From NCBI GenBank assembly GCA_030390025.1, contig CM059433.1, positions 31,994,001 to 32,058,000 of the forward strand: DNA of 64,000 nt, read 5' to 3'. Shown here piece after piece: positions 27,451 to 37,342 of this stretch. The notes under the pieces were generated by a model. The model had not been told where the DNA came from. It worked only from the letters and a program-made list of their open reading frames with translations, and did no database searches. Positions within the stretch are counted from its first letter, which is position 1; every line of letters starts with the position of its first letter. The position numbers were made by a program, and so were the translations under genes. Origin of the DNA: Squalus acanthias. Its lineage: Eukaryota.

Positions 27451-28025
27451 CAGTGTAGAATTCACAATATAATCGCGATTTTATAAATAAGGAGAAAACA
27501 CATAGTTTCGTTCAAACAGCTTTATTTCAGCAGAATGCTGTCAGGTTTTCAAAGTGGACACAAGCAGCCTGTAAAATGGCCGCCATGCCTCGTGGCAGAA
27601 CATTCTAGACTTTTCGATAAGCAGACAAGATGGCGTTCCAATAAACATTTGTGTGAGATCGTACAAGACTCAGCACATTTGAGATAAATCACAAGACATA
27701 ATGGGTTTGCATTTTACACATAAATACTGGAATCGGTCTCCCAGGTGCGAATAAGGGCTATTGTACCAAGCGATCAAGAACCCATCCAAAGACATTAATA
27801 TGCAAAATCCCCATGACTCTACGATGAGAGAGCCGTTTGCGGGTAGTTACAGAAACATTTGGAAGCCCCAAAAGCCCTCCAGGGAGAATACTGACCGGTT
27901 ACACAATGGGAGAAGTATTAACGGGTACTCGGGCAGTTACAAGTATCACCGAAACCCATTAAACGGAGATCACCCTATACAAGAAGTTTGGGCGCCAAAA
28001 CCCTAACAAAAGAAAAGACATTAAG

Positions 28026-28059
28026 ATTGGGCGGGAAAAGAGGAATCACAGCACTATAA
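28026..28059 (+). promoter_or_regulatory. Putative LTR core promoter (inverted CCAAT, GC box, TATA)
   Basis: ATTGG 28026, GGGCGGG 28029 and TATAA 28055; GC box and TATA are conserved in the internal solo LTR (~34475-34504). Confidence 0.55.
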
Positions 28060-28873
28060 CTGTAAAGGTACAACCGTCCATCTGTCTCTTGACGCTGTCT
28101 CTTGACTCCTTGCTGCTCGACTTGCTAGAAGACTATCGAACTTTCTGATCCGCCAGGATCAGCTTCGTGGCTTGCCGCGAAGATCTGTGTGGAACTGGGC
28201 TGTGAAGCCTTGAAACGGGCGCACCATCCCGAGAAGTCGGTAAACGGTGTTGGAACCGAAGGCCCGAGATGAGATGAGATGAGATGAGATGAGATCAGAA
28301 GAGAAGAAGACGACCATACGTATCGCCACGGTCAGTAAGCCCCGACCGCGCCTGTAGGTCGAATAGACACTTTCCTTGCCCAGGAAGACTATCTTTTGAG
28401 TTTTACAGAACTGGCATCGGAAGACCATTCTTCGAGTTTTATCGCATTGGGGCGAGGGCACAGGAGGACTATTTTTCGAGTCGTGTCGGAACTCCGAGGA
28501 CGACACAGATCTTCATGACAGCAGACGGTCCAGCCTGCTAGCCGGAGCAGAAACGAGTAAACAAGTGGGGTACAGAGACCCCTGATCAACACGTGGGTGA
28601 TCAGGTGCTGCGGTAAAAACATCCGAGCAGAGTTTTCGGAATTCTCCGAGTTATCACGAGTGGTGAGCATGAGTCTCGATCCTACAAATCTAGTTTAGAG
28701 CAGGTATTGATAGGGGAGGGTTTAAGTTTTAAGGATAACTGTAATGTGTGCCCCCATTTACGATGTGTCGTTCGTTCCTCGTTTCCCTAAAATTAGTTAC
28801 ATAACTGCGTGTAAGATTGTACTGTCATTAATCTGTGCTTATGACATGTATTTCGTAATCTTAAATAATATGC

Positions 28874-28879
28874 AATAAA
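28874..28879 (+). terminator. LTR polyadenylation signal
   Basis: AATAAA at the equivalent position in all LTR copies (28874, ~35267, 41534, 6255). Confidence 0.7.
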
Positions 28880-29106
28880 GTTTTTCCATTTCGTACCATT
28901 CAACCGGGTCTACCTGAGTTTTCTCTCCATTATTGCTCTCGCATCTAAGTCCAGTGTCAGAACCGTAAGGGCGAGTGGGTCGAACCACTCACAGGTGTCT
29001 AGTGCTCCCAGACTGGCTGGAGACCAGAACAGGCAACAAGGCCTAACCTCGCACTAGCACCCAGGCTGAGCACACAGCCACAGGCGTGTCAAAACCCTTA
29101 CAGAAA

Positions 29107-30912
29107 ATGGCGACCGCGGCAGGACACTGGCAGCGAGAGAATAATGTGTTAGACCTTGGTATGATTGGGCGAAATGTCATGGAAGAGAGAATAGCAGATT
29201 ATGTGTTCGGAAAAGTGAATTTGACCAAGAAATGGATAAGTGACCTGCTGGTGGATAAGCGTCCACTAGAGGCAGCCGAGAGGTGGACAGATAGCAAGGA
29301 ACATAAAAAGGCAGTGGAGAAAGCGGTCTGGCTGATGTGCTATAAAAGACAAGTCCAAATTTCAGACCAGGTCATCTCAGCGCAGGCAGCTCAGATCAGG
29401 AGTTTAGAGGTGGAAATGGACGAGAAGGTCGCGGGGGGGCAGCAGCTCATCACGACTTTAAATGCGTTGCATCAAGAACGCCAGTTAGTCGCCAACCACC
29501 ATGAAGCAAAAATAGATTACCTCGAGTGCCAGGTCACTGAGGCAAAGTTAAGTGAGGGCAGATTAAAGGAACGATGTGCCCGCCTAGCTGCCCAAATAAA
29601 AGCCCAGGAAGAGAGCTTAACGGGGGTTAGGGCGGCATATAAGATGGCCCTCGAGGATAAATTTCAGGGGGCCGATCACAGCGTCTGCCAAAAAGAGATA
29701 GGGAACCTTAAACAGGCCTTGAACAAAGCGCACGGCATGGTGTGCCTTATCAGCCCGTCAGCACACCAGCCGCTAGTGGATGAGGGATTTCAGAAATCCC
29801 CACCGAACAAAGCAGAGGAAGTATTAGCCACTATGCCCTCCGCGCCACCCAGCTATTCGGCAACCTGGGTAAGGGAGGAAGTGGTAGAAGTAACGAAAGA
29901 GCCCACTGAGGTAGAAGTGGAACCGGGACCGTTGTGTCCGGTCACGGGTATCAAAAGGGGCCCAAACGGAGCAAGTGGGGAAGAAGGGGATCTCCTCAAC
30001 CAGCTTGTGTTGCCTCACAGCTCACACCAGCTGAGGATTATGATCAGTCACGTACGGAAACTGGCCGAGTCAGACGACCCTTCCGTACATTTTAGGGAAG
30101 TAGAGCAAACCGCAGCCATTAACGGCTGCGACGATGGGGAAAAAGCAAAGATGCTGTTATTCTCACTAGACAGTTCGATCCTTCAGTGTCTCTCAGATGA
30201 GAGCAAGAGGGGAACTAATACCTATGGGGCACTAAGAGATGAGGTCCTAGAAGTGTTGGGAATGGACGATGAAGGTCCGTTTGTTAGACTGGGACAGACA
30301 GTGCAGATGGAGGGAGAACCCCCGAAGGTTTTCGCCGACAGGCTGTGGCCAGTATACCAGCGTAGCTGCCCAGGTGCGCCAGAGCGCGCCGATGTGGAAG
30401 GCGTCGGTTTAACTCATTGGCTCAGGTGTATAGTAGCCAACAGTTTGCCAGCCGTCAGGGAGCAGGCAAAAGCGTGGTTTGATCCCACTGACCCCGCCAC
30501 TACAGAGGAGTCGGTCCTAAATCGACTCACGGTAGGGTACCGTAATACCAGGGGTATGGGAACACGTCCCCTTAAGGGAAAGGTACATGAGGTACGACCC
30601 GCAGCCCCGGCTCAAAGGGAGTGGCATCAGGAGGGTAACCGCGCCCCGCAGGCCAGCAATGCTTGTTACGGGTGTGGGAAGACAGGGCACTGGCGCAAGA
30701 ACTGCAGGAACCCTTGGAAGGATTCCAGGGATAAAAATCCCGCAGCCCGAGCCCAGGCGCCTGTCTCTGATAGGGGAGCTAGTGCACCCATCCATCCCGA
30801 CGCGATCGAATCAGTGTTGGGAGCCATGCGTAACCTCATGAGTGCGCATGGAAGGGTGGCGGTTGCTACCGGCCCCGCAAGTGCCACAGCCCCGTCTAAT
30901 AGTACCCAATGA
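29107..30912 (+). CDS. gag: Gag polyprotein (intact ORF; coiled-coil N-terminus, late domain, capsid-like region, one CCHC knuckle)
   Basis: PSAPPSY at 29836-29856; CYGCGKTGHWRKNC at 30664-30705; start uncertain (ATG 29107 in AAAATGG context, or 29161/29179). Confidence 0.9.
   Translation: MATAAGHWQRENNVLDLGMIGRNVMEERIADYVFGKVNLTKKWISDLLVDKRPLEAAERWTDSKEHKKAVEKAVWLMCYKRQVQISDQVISAQAAQIRSLEVEMDEKVAGGQQLITTLNALHQERQLVANHHEAKIDYLECQVTEAKLSEGRLKERCARLAAQIKAQEESLTGVRAAYKMALEDKFQGADHSVCQKEIGNLKQALNKAHGMVCLISPSAHQPLVDEGFQKSPPNKAEEVLATMPSAPPSYSATWVREEVVEVTKEPTEVEVEPGPLCPVTGIKRGPNGASGEEGDLLNQLVLPHSSHQLRIMISHVRKLAESDDPSVHFREVEQTAAINGCDDGEKAKMLLFSLDSSILQCLSDESKRGTNTYGALRDEVLEVLGMDDEGPFVRLGQTVQMEGEPPKVFADRLWPVYQRSCPGAPERADVEGVGLTHWLRCIVANSLPAVREQAKAWFDPTDPATTEESVLNRLTVGYRNTRGMGTRPLKGKVHEVRPAAPAQREWHQEGNRAPQASNACYGCGKTGHWRKNCRNPWKDSRDKNPAARAQAPVSDRGASAPIHPDAIESVLGAMRNLMSAHGRVAVATGPASATAPSNSTQ
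29108..29125 (+). promoter_or_regulatory. Primer-binding site, tRNA-Arg(UCG)
   Basis: TGGCGACCGCGGCAGGAC is the 18-nt complement of the vertebrate tRNA-Arg-TCG 3' end (GTCCTGCCGCGGTCG+CCA, recalled); starts after a 5-nt spacer following the LTR end. Confidence 0.85.
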
Positions 30913-33895
30913 CTAGAGCCCGCACAGCCCGTCTACCTGTGTCCGCTCAGCTATGATGCGTGGAATCGACCCCTGGTGGAGATGGAGGTAGAGCAACAGA
31001 AGGGTAGTTATTTGTTGGACACGGGAGCTTCTTGCACCGTGATTCATACAGATAGCCCTTTTGACTCACCGCTATCTACCAAGGTCCCATTCACATTAGC
31101 GGGGTTCACGGGAAAAGAACAGGCTGGCGCGTTCTCCCTTCCGCTATCCATTCATTTAGGAGCACTCCACACCACGTGGAAGTGCATACTGATGAAATGG
31201 CAAGAGGGGGGTGGGAGAGGTATCCTCGGGTCCGATCTCCTATCGGGGCACGGGATCCTCGTGGACCTCAGGAATCACTGTCTCTGGGGGACCAAGGGTG
31301 GAGAAGGCGAGGTAGTGGTAATTCCGGGGGAGGAAGAAACAGGGACCCTGTGTACCATGAAGCCATCCGGAGGCTACGACCTCGGGCTTATGGTCGCGGA
31401 TGTCCCAACGGACATGCAAACGTACGTGTCAGATAATATGCACGCGTTTGCAACCCACAGGCACGATTGTGGGAGGGTTACCGGGTTTGAGGTCAGCGTA
31501 GATGGGGACCCCATGACCCGGCCCCAAAAGCAGTATAACTTCCCCAAAGAAGCAGAACCCGATATGGAGACAGCAATGTCCTCCTTGGTGCAGCAGGGCG
31601 TGTTGAGGCCGATAGCCACACACGTGAACTCCCCATTATGGCCGGTTAGGAAGCCGGATAATTCGTGGAGGGCCACGGTGGACTACAGAGTCCTTAACAG
31701 TAACATTCCCGCCTGCGCGCCCACGGTAGCAGCAGTCGCTGACCTAATAGGGAGTATCCCAGCGTCCGCGACCACGTTCACGGTGCTGGATATCTCGAAC
31801 GGTTTTTGGTCCATCCCGCTGCGGCGAGAGGACCAGTACAAGTTTGCCTTTACTTTCAAAGGACAACAGTACACATGGAACTGTCTGCCACAGGGTTTCC
31901 ACAACAGCCCCAGTATTTTCCATCAGTGTATGGCAGGAAGCTTAAAGGAGATTAGTCAGCCCAATCAGATAGTGCAGTACGTGGATGATTTGCTCCTATT
32001 TACGGATTCAAGGGAGGAGCATGGACCACTGCTGGCCGAGTTATTGGAGCTGCTAGCGAGAAAGGGTTTCAAAGTGAACCCTAAGAAAGCACGTATCGGT
32101 CAGCAGGAAGTAAAATTCCTGGGGCTGACCATTTGCGCTGGGGAAAGATCCATAGATAAGGCTAGGAGGGAGTCGGAGCAAGAGTTACCGATTCCCAACA
32201 CCATAAGGGGTGTGAGGTCCTTTTTGGGACTGACCGGTTACTGCAGGGATTTTATCGAAGACTATGCGGCCACAGCGGCGCCGCTACTCCGACTCCTCCA
32301 TAAGGGAGTGGAGTGGTCTTGGGACGAGGGCTGCCAGGCAGCCTTCGAGAAGTTAAAAAGGGATTTGCAGACCGCGCCAGCTTTAGGGGCCATAGATGGG
32401 GGGAAGGAGTTTTTCCTGGAGGTAGCTGCCAGCGGGGACAGCTTGAGCGCTGTGCTGCTCCAAGAGCGTCACGGCAAGCTGAGGCTGGTTGTCTATTCGT
32501 CCAGGGTGTTAACGAATGTGGAGAGAAGTTTCTCCAACTGCGAAAGGCACCTTTTAGCCACGCATTGGGCTGTGAAAAGATCAGCGATCTTCACAGGGCT
32601 CTCTCCCATCACTCTCCTCACCCATCACACACCAACTAAGATGCTTCTAGATGGGAGGATTAAAGATGGGACCGTAAGCAGCGCGCGTATTGCACGCTGG
32701 ACCCTTCTTCTTTCCCAGATGGATCTTAGAGTTAAAGGTCTTTGCGAGCCCAGGCTTGCGGCCAATTTGGTATACCCCGGTACAGCCCACCAGTGTTCGG
32801 TGGAAGGGGTGTGGGAAGTCAACATAGGTTTGCGGGCCGGGATACATCCCACTGGGCGCGAGATTTATGTTGATGGTTCCAGCACAGTGTCCGCTGGCGA
32901 ACGACTCACAGGGTGTGGAGTTTATGACCCTGCGGCAAACCTTGCCCTGGCGATTAAGCTCCCCAGCACCATGAGCGCGCAGCAGGCTGAGCTGTCTGCA
33001 GTGGTGTACGTCGTTACCCACCCAGAAATTTTCCCAACCCCATACACGATTTGCTCGGACAGTATGTTCACATGCAATTCGTGTACGGAATACCTGGCCA
33101 TTTGGTCCCACCGTGGATACACCTCCGTGGACGGGCGACCTTTAACGGTGAAGCCCTTGCTGGAAAAGATCCTAGCAGCAGTAGGGGAGGAATGGGAGAT
33201 TTTCATCCATAAGGTGAAGGCTCACACCTCCACAGAACCCCGTGGGGAGGGCAACCAGCAGGCGGATGCGCTAGCCAGGGAGGGTGCCCGCAACGGCATT
33301 TTCTGGGACCCCTATGGGCCCAGACCCATAGCAGCGATCCAAGGCAGGGACGGGAATCCCGGGAACACCAGGGTAGCATTGCCCCTAGACCTTAAGACCG
33401 TCCAGAACCAGGATCCCGCCCTAAAAGCAGTCCTCAAAACCCTTGCTGAGGGGAAGCAGGTAGAGGGTCCGTACAGTACGGCAACCCTCTCAGTTAAGGA
33501 AGGCATGCTGTTCCGCGAAGAGCAGTGGGTTGTGCCGCAGCAGCACAGGAGGGAATTCCTCCAGTTGGCTCACGAGGGACCGGGGGCAGGGCACCCCGGG
33601 CCCGAGGTTACCTGGCAACGGGTAGAGCAAGCGGGATGGTGGCCGGGGCTCAGGGAACAGGTCCGCGAGTTCTGTGCAAGCTGTCTCGTGTGCGCTGCAA
33701 ACAACCTAGACCCCCAGAAAAGGAAAGTGCCCATGGGGCACGTCAGGAGGGTAGAGGGACCATGGCAGTCGATACAGATCGACTATATAGGGCCCCTGCC
33801 CATCACCCAGGGAGGCTATAAATACTGCCTCATCTTGGTGGATGTGTTTTCCAAATGGGTGGAAGCCTTCCCCTGTAGAACAGCTACGGCACTGG
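30913..33895 (+). CDS. pol: Pol, 5' part: protease, RT, tether (degenerate RNase H), RNase H, integrase N-terminus
   Basis: WNRPLV..LLDTGAS and ILGSDLL; LPQGFHNSP and YVDD (31978-31989); YVDGS..AQQAEL..SDS..KVKAH..GNQQAD; HHCC finger; QIDYIGP; in frame with gag. Confidence 0.95.
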
Positions 33896-35521
33896 TGTAG
33901 AATTCGCAATATATCGCGATTTTATTGATAAGGAGAAAAACACAGAGTTTCGTTCAAACAGCTTTTATTTCAGCAGAATGCTGCCAGGTTTTCAAGGTGG
34001 ACACAAGCAGCCTGTAAAATGGCCGCCGCACCTCGTGACAGAACATTCTAGACTTTTCAACAGGCAGACAAGATGGCGTTCCAATAAACATTTGTGCAAG
34101 ATCGATTAAGATTCAGCACAGTGAAGATAATACACGAGACATTATGGGTTTGCCGTATACACATAAATACTGAAATCGGTCTCCCAGGTACGAATGAAAG
34201 CTATTGTACCGAGTAATCAAGGGCCCATCCAAAAGACATTAATATGTAAAACCCCAACGACTCTACGATGAGAGAGCCGTTAGCAGGTAGTTATACAAAA
34301 CACTTGGAAGCCCCACAACCCCTCCAGGGAGAACACCGACCGATTTAACAATGGGAGAAATATTAACAGGTACTCAGACATTTACGAGTAGCCCCGAAAC
34401 CCATTAAGAACGGAGATCACCCATACAAGACATTTGAGCGCCAGACCCTAAACAAAAGAATGGACATTAAGGTTGGGCGGGAAACGGAAGATTTTGCACT
34501 ATAATTGCAGGCTCCAAACCGTCCATCTTTCTCTTATTCGTAACCTCGTGGCTGCTCCTGTGTACTCGTAGTCGGGCTCCTGCTTGCCTGGTGCCTCTTT
34601 GAAAAGGACTGTTGAACTTTCTGATCCGTTCGGATCTACCTCGTGTCGCGTAACGAAGACCTATGTTGGTAACTGGCAGCGGAACCAAAGGCCCGAGATG
34701 AGATGAGATGAGATGAGATGAGATGAGAAGAGAGGAAGACCATATTCATCGCCACGGTCAGTAAATCCCGACCGCGCCTGTAGGTCGAATAGCCAAGTTT
34801 TCCTTGCCAGGGAGACTTCTTCGAACTTGCAAAGAATAATATCGCATCGATGATATTGACTGAACTGTGCTCGGAAAAGTACCTGTTAAACCAACCAACA
34901 CAGGTCTTCATCACAGCAGACGGTCCAGCCTGCTAGCCGGAGCAGCAGAAGCAAGTAAACAAGTGGGACCAGGAGATCTCCTGACCGACACGTGGGTGCT
35001 GCGGTGAAAAACATCCGATCAGCTAGTCGGAATTTCTCCGAGTTATCACGAGTGGTGAGCATGAGTCTCGAAATCCTACGAATCTAGTTAGGATAGATAT
35101 TGATAGGGGAGGGTTTAAGTATTAAGGATACTTGTAATGTGTGCCCCTATTTACGGTGTGTCGTTCGTTCCTTGTTTCCCTAAGATCAGCTATATAACTG
35201 CTTGTAAGATTGTACTGTCATTAATCTGTGCTTATGACATGTATTTCATAATCTTAAATATCATGCAATAAAGATTTTCCATTTCGTACCATTCAACCGA
35301 GTCTACATGAGTTTCATCTCCATTACTGCTCTCGCATCTAAGTCCAGTTTCTAGAACCGTAAGGGCGAGTGATTCGAACCACTCACAGGTGTGTCTAGTG
35401 TTCCCAGACTGGCTGGAGACCAGAACAGGCAACAAGGCCTAGACCCGCACTGACATACAGGCTGCACAGAGCCGCGTGAATCTCACAGGCTGCGAGACAC
35501 GCAGGGTCAGAATCCCTTACA
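33896..35521 (+). mobile_element. Solo LTR (1626 bp) of a sister subfamily inserted in the integrase core
   Basis: TGTAGAATTC...CCCTTACA; TSD CTGG (33892-33895 and 35522-35525); removing it restores RTATALGTAKILVREVF. Confidence 0.95.
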
Positions 35522-35525
35522 CTGG

Positions 35526-37019
35526 GTACTGCAAAAATCTTGGTCCGGGAGGTGTTCTCGCGGTGGGGACTCCCCCGTTTTGTGGAGTCAGACCAAGGGA
35601 GTCATTTCACCGGCCAGGTGATGCAGAACACCCTTATGCTTTTGGGCATTGAAGGGAAATGGCACGTAGCACACAATCCCCAGTCATCCGGGATTGTTGA
35701 ACGCATGAACCGGACCCTGAAGGAAAAATTGAGGAAAGAGACTATGAACTCACCCCAAAAATGGGCGGAGGTTCTGCCTTTAGTCCTCATGGGGGTCCGG
35801 ACCAGTCAGTCGAAAAGTACGGGGTATTCCCCGCACGAGGTGATGACTGGGAGGATCATGCGAACCCCCACCCATGTGCTAGCGCCAGTGCTCACTGAGG
35901 GTCAGCTCCAAGAGATAAGCAGGGACAAGTTCGTCCAGACCCTCTTGGAGCGCCTGAAGCAGGTTTATGAGCAGGCGGCTGGGAACATGGGAAGGCAGCA
36001 TCAGGGCAATCGCCTGTTGCTGGAACCCCGCAAAACGCGGGAGTGGGAAGTAGGAGACCAGGTCATACGCCAGAGTAGGGAGTCTGGAACCACTGTATAT
36101 GGGACCCTACAGCATTGTAGATAAGGCGAGTCCCATGGTATACGCCGTAAAGGTACCTCGGCGCACTAAGTGGTTCCACGTAAATCAGTGCAAACTGTAC
36201 AAGCCAGGTGCACAAGGGCCAACCACAGGAGCCAAACCTGCGAGTGGGGACTCGCAGCCCCAGGTAGGGCCACAGGGCACACAGGCAGGCAAAGCACCTT
36301 GCATCAGGGGAGAGGACATCCTGGAAAATTGTGAGACATTTTTGTGGGGTTGGGAGTCAGATGAGGATAGTGAAGATAGTGAAGATAGTGGAGATAGTGA
36401 AGATAGTGACACAAGCGAGGAGGAGCTGGAATCGGAGGACGAAAGGGTCGCCCCCGATTCAGGTATAGGGAGGACAGGGACTGCAGATAGAGATCCACAA
36501 AGGGTGGAGGCCAAAGCTGCAGGTCCCGAAAGCAGGGGGGAGGAGCTAGGGGAGGCGGAGCCAGCCGCCGTGGTGGGACCACAGGGCATGGCGATGGAAG
36601 CCTCAGAGCCCGAGCCGCCCGCCTTGGACGTCTTGCCCTCGAGGGAGGTAGAGACTGCGAGTGAAGGGCCGCCTACTGGGCCGAGTAGGGCGGTGCCACA
36701 AGCTGCAGATCCCGAGTTCAGGGAGGCGGAGCCAGCAACTGTGGCGGGACCACAGGTAGCCACGGTGGAAGTCTCGGAACCCGGTCCGTCGGTCCTGGAG
36801 TTCCTGCCCCCGGTAGCTCTCCGTAGGTCAAGTCGGATACCCCAACCCAGGAAGATATGGTCAAGTCCCCAGACTGTCCCAAGGCGTAGGCGCAAGGCTC
36901 AGGCAGCCCAGGAAGGTCCCAGTCCCAGCGAGGCAGCGACAGGCTGCGGCAGATCAAAGGGAGGGGTCAATGCCCTCCCACCGTCGGGAAAGGCTTGTGG
37001 CAGCCTTTTCAGAATTTAA
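35526..37019 (+). pseudogene. pol: Pol, 3' part: integrase core, GPY/F motif and acidic repetitive C-terminal extension (frameshift ~36065)
   Basis: ESDQGSHF and GIVERMNRTLK; LEPLYMGPY lies in another frame; LRRSSR motif; stop at 37019. Confidence 0.9.
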
Positions 37020-37342
37020 ATGGGCCGCCCTGGGAACGGGCGGCGCTGTACAGTAATAAGTTTAGGATAAGTTTCTAAGTTTGTGGTTCAAGGTTAAGAA
37101 TAAGTTTATAGTTTGAGATAAGGTTATAAGGTTATAGTTTTAAATCGAGAAGTCGGTAGTTTAATTTTGTTTAAGGAAGTAAAATGATGGGAGTTTTAGA
37201 GATAGGATGAGTTAAAGTTTATCCAGCGCACATGTCTTCTTACGTGAGGCGAGGTCAGGGGACCCGCTCACCCTTCACAAAAGCCAGAGACTCTTGCGAG
37301 GCTGGCTACCTCATTCTATCTGATCACAGGAACCAAGGAAGG

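Larger units (their letters stand above)
27454..29102 (+). repeat. 5' LTR (1649 bp)
   Basis: TGTAGAATTC...CCCTTACA; about 8 substitutions plus one GAGAT unit relative to the 3' LTR (manual count). Confidence 0.97.

Noticed and set aside
28266..28310. Regular short repeats as a CRISPR-like array
   Set aside because: Simple (GAGAT)n microsatellite without spacers, in eukaryotic LTR context
27761..28670. Short ORFs inside the LTRs (81-122 aa, both strands)
   Set aside because: They repeat only because the LTR is duplicated; they are not preserved in the sister solo LTR and are shifted by the GAGAT repeat length
36185..36895. 236-aa antisense ORF as a possible HBZ-like accessory gene
   Set aside because: It lies opposite a GC-rich low-complexity coding region, lacks an ATG start and is Ser/Gly/Ala-rich; best explained as a shadow ORF
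37232..37342. Upstream ATG extending Env by 37 aa
   Set aside because: The signal peptide and strong Kozak context begin at ATG 37343, and a likely splice acceptor at 37329 would exclude the upstream ATG
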